The position numbers and the translations under genes were made by a program. Positions 63,716 through 64,000 of a stretch of DNA of 64,000 nucleotides are shown piece after piece. The stretch covers positions 120,791-184,790 of IMG/VR virus record IMGVR_UViG_3300021400_000048. The stretch is one strand, 5' to 3'. The notes beneath the pieces are model-generated. The model ran no database searches, was not told where the DNA came from, and saw only the letters and a list, made by a program, of their open reading frames with translations. The first letter of the stretch is position 1. Every line of letters begins with the position of its first letter. The DNA comes from a virus (Duplodnaviria; Heunggongvirae; Uroviricota; Caudoviricetes).

Positions 63716-64000
63716 TTAATTATTTAATTTATCAGCTAATGCTGCAGTTGCAGAACGTTCTGATTTTACTAAATATACATAACCAAAAAGTTCGTTACCT
63801 TTTAGTCTGTCTATTAAGGTTTCAATACCTTTTGACTTTTCAAATACATTTTTATCACGTTGATTTAAGTCAGCGTCAAATCAAACTTCACTGCCTTCAG
63901 CGGCACGAGCAATAATTAATTGTATATGTTCTTTAGTTAAGTTTTCTGATTCAGAGCATATAATTAATGAATTTTTAAAATTACGTCCTCTTAAAGATTG
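63716..64000 (-). CDS. phoH: PhoH-family ATPase, C-terminal part
   Basis: SLRGRNFKNS..SENLT..IIARAAEGS..D..Q.D..ERS..A.LA; one TGA; truncated by window edge. Confidence 0.8.

Noticed and set aside
21157-64000. Fragmented ORFs as pseudogenes or sequencing errors
   Set aside because: Every break examined is an in-frame TGA with no frameshift, often at conserved Trp positions, and the read-through genes tile the region with proper RBSs.

Overview
A 64-kb segment of an AT-rich, T4-like contractile-tailed (myovirus) phage genome. Essentially all real genes are on the minus strand. TGA is read as Trp (genetic code 4), so the supplied code-11 ORF track fragments or misses most structural genes; for example, the 531-aa tail sheath is absent from it. 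Reading from the left: (i) 0.2-14.5 kb holds many short early-type genes in cassettes, and most cassettes (14 here, 2 more at 18.1-18.3 kb) are headed by a sigma70 promoter with a CcpA-cre-like palindrome (TGAAARCGYTTTCA) at fixed, helically phased spacing upstream of -35; this block includes a divergent sigma factor, a replication-initiator-like gene, and ArfA-like, Lar, KTSC and LPD28 proteins; (ii) a SNF2 helicase and a ~2-kb non-coding control/origin-like region at 17.8-19.9 kb; (iii) an eight-gene tandem paralog array at 21.2-27.1 kb; (iv) the tail, baseplate, neck and head module at 29.8-63.6 kb, with a TGCTAAATTA late-promoter motif, a candidate +1/-2 frameshift in the tail chaperone, a cytidylyltransferase/Stealth/GT2 glycan cassette, a Hef-like homing endonuclease, a gp23-like major capsid protein, a protease-scaffold fusion and a partial phoH. 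TGA-Trp use is graded: nearly absent in cre-driven early genes and dominant in late structural genes. All family assignments come from motif recognition by eye, not from database searches.
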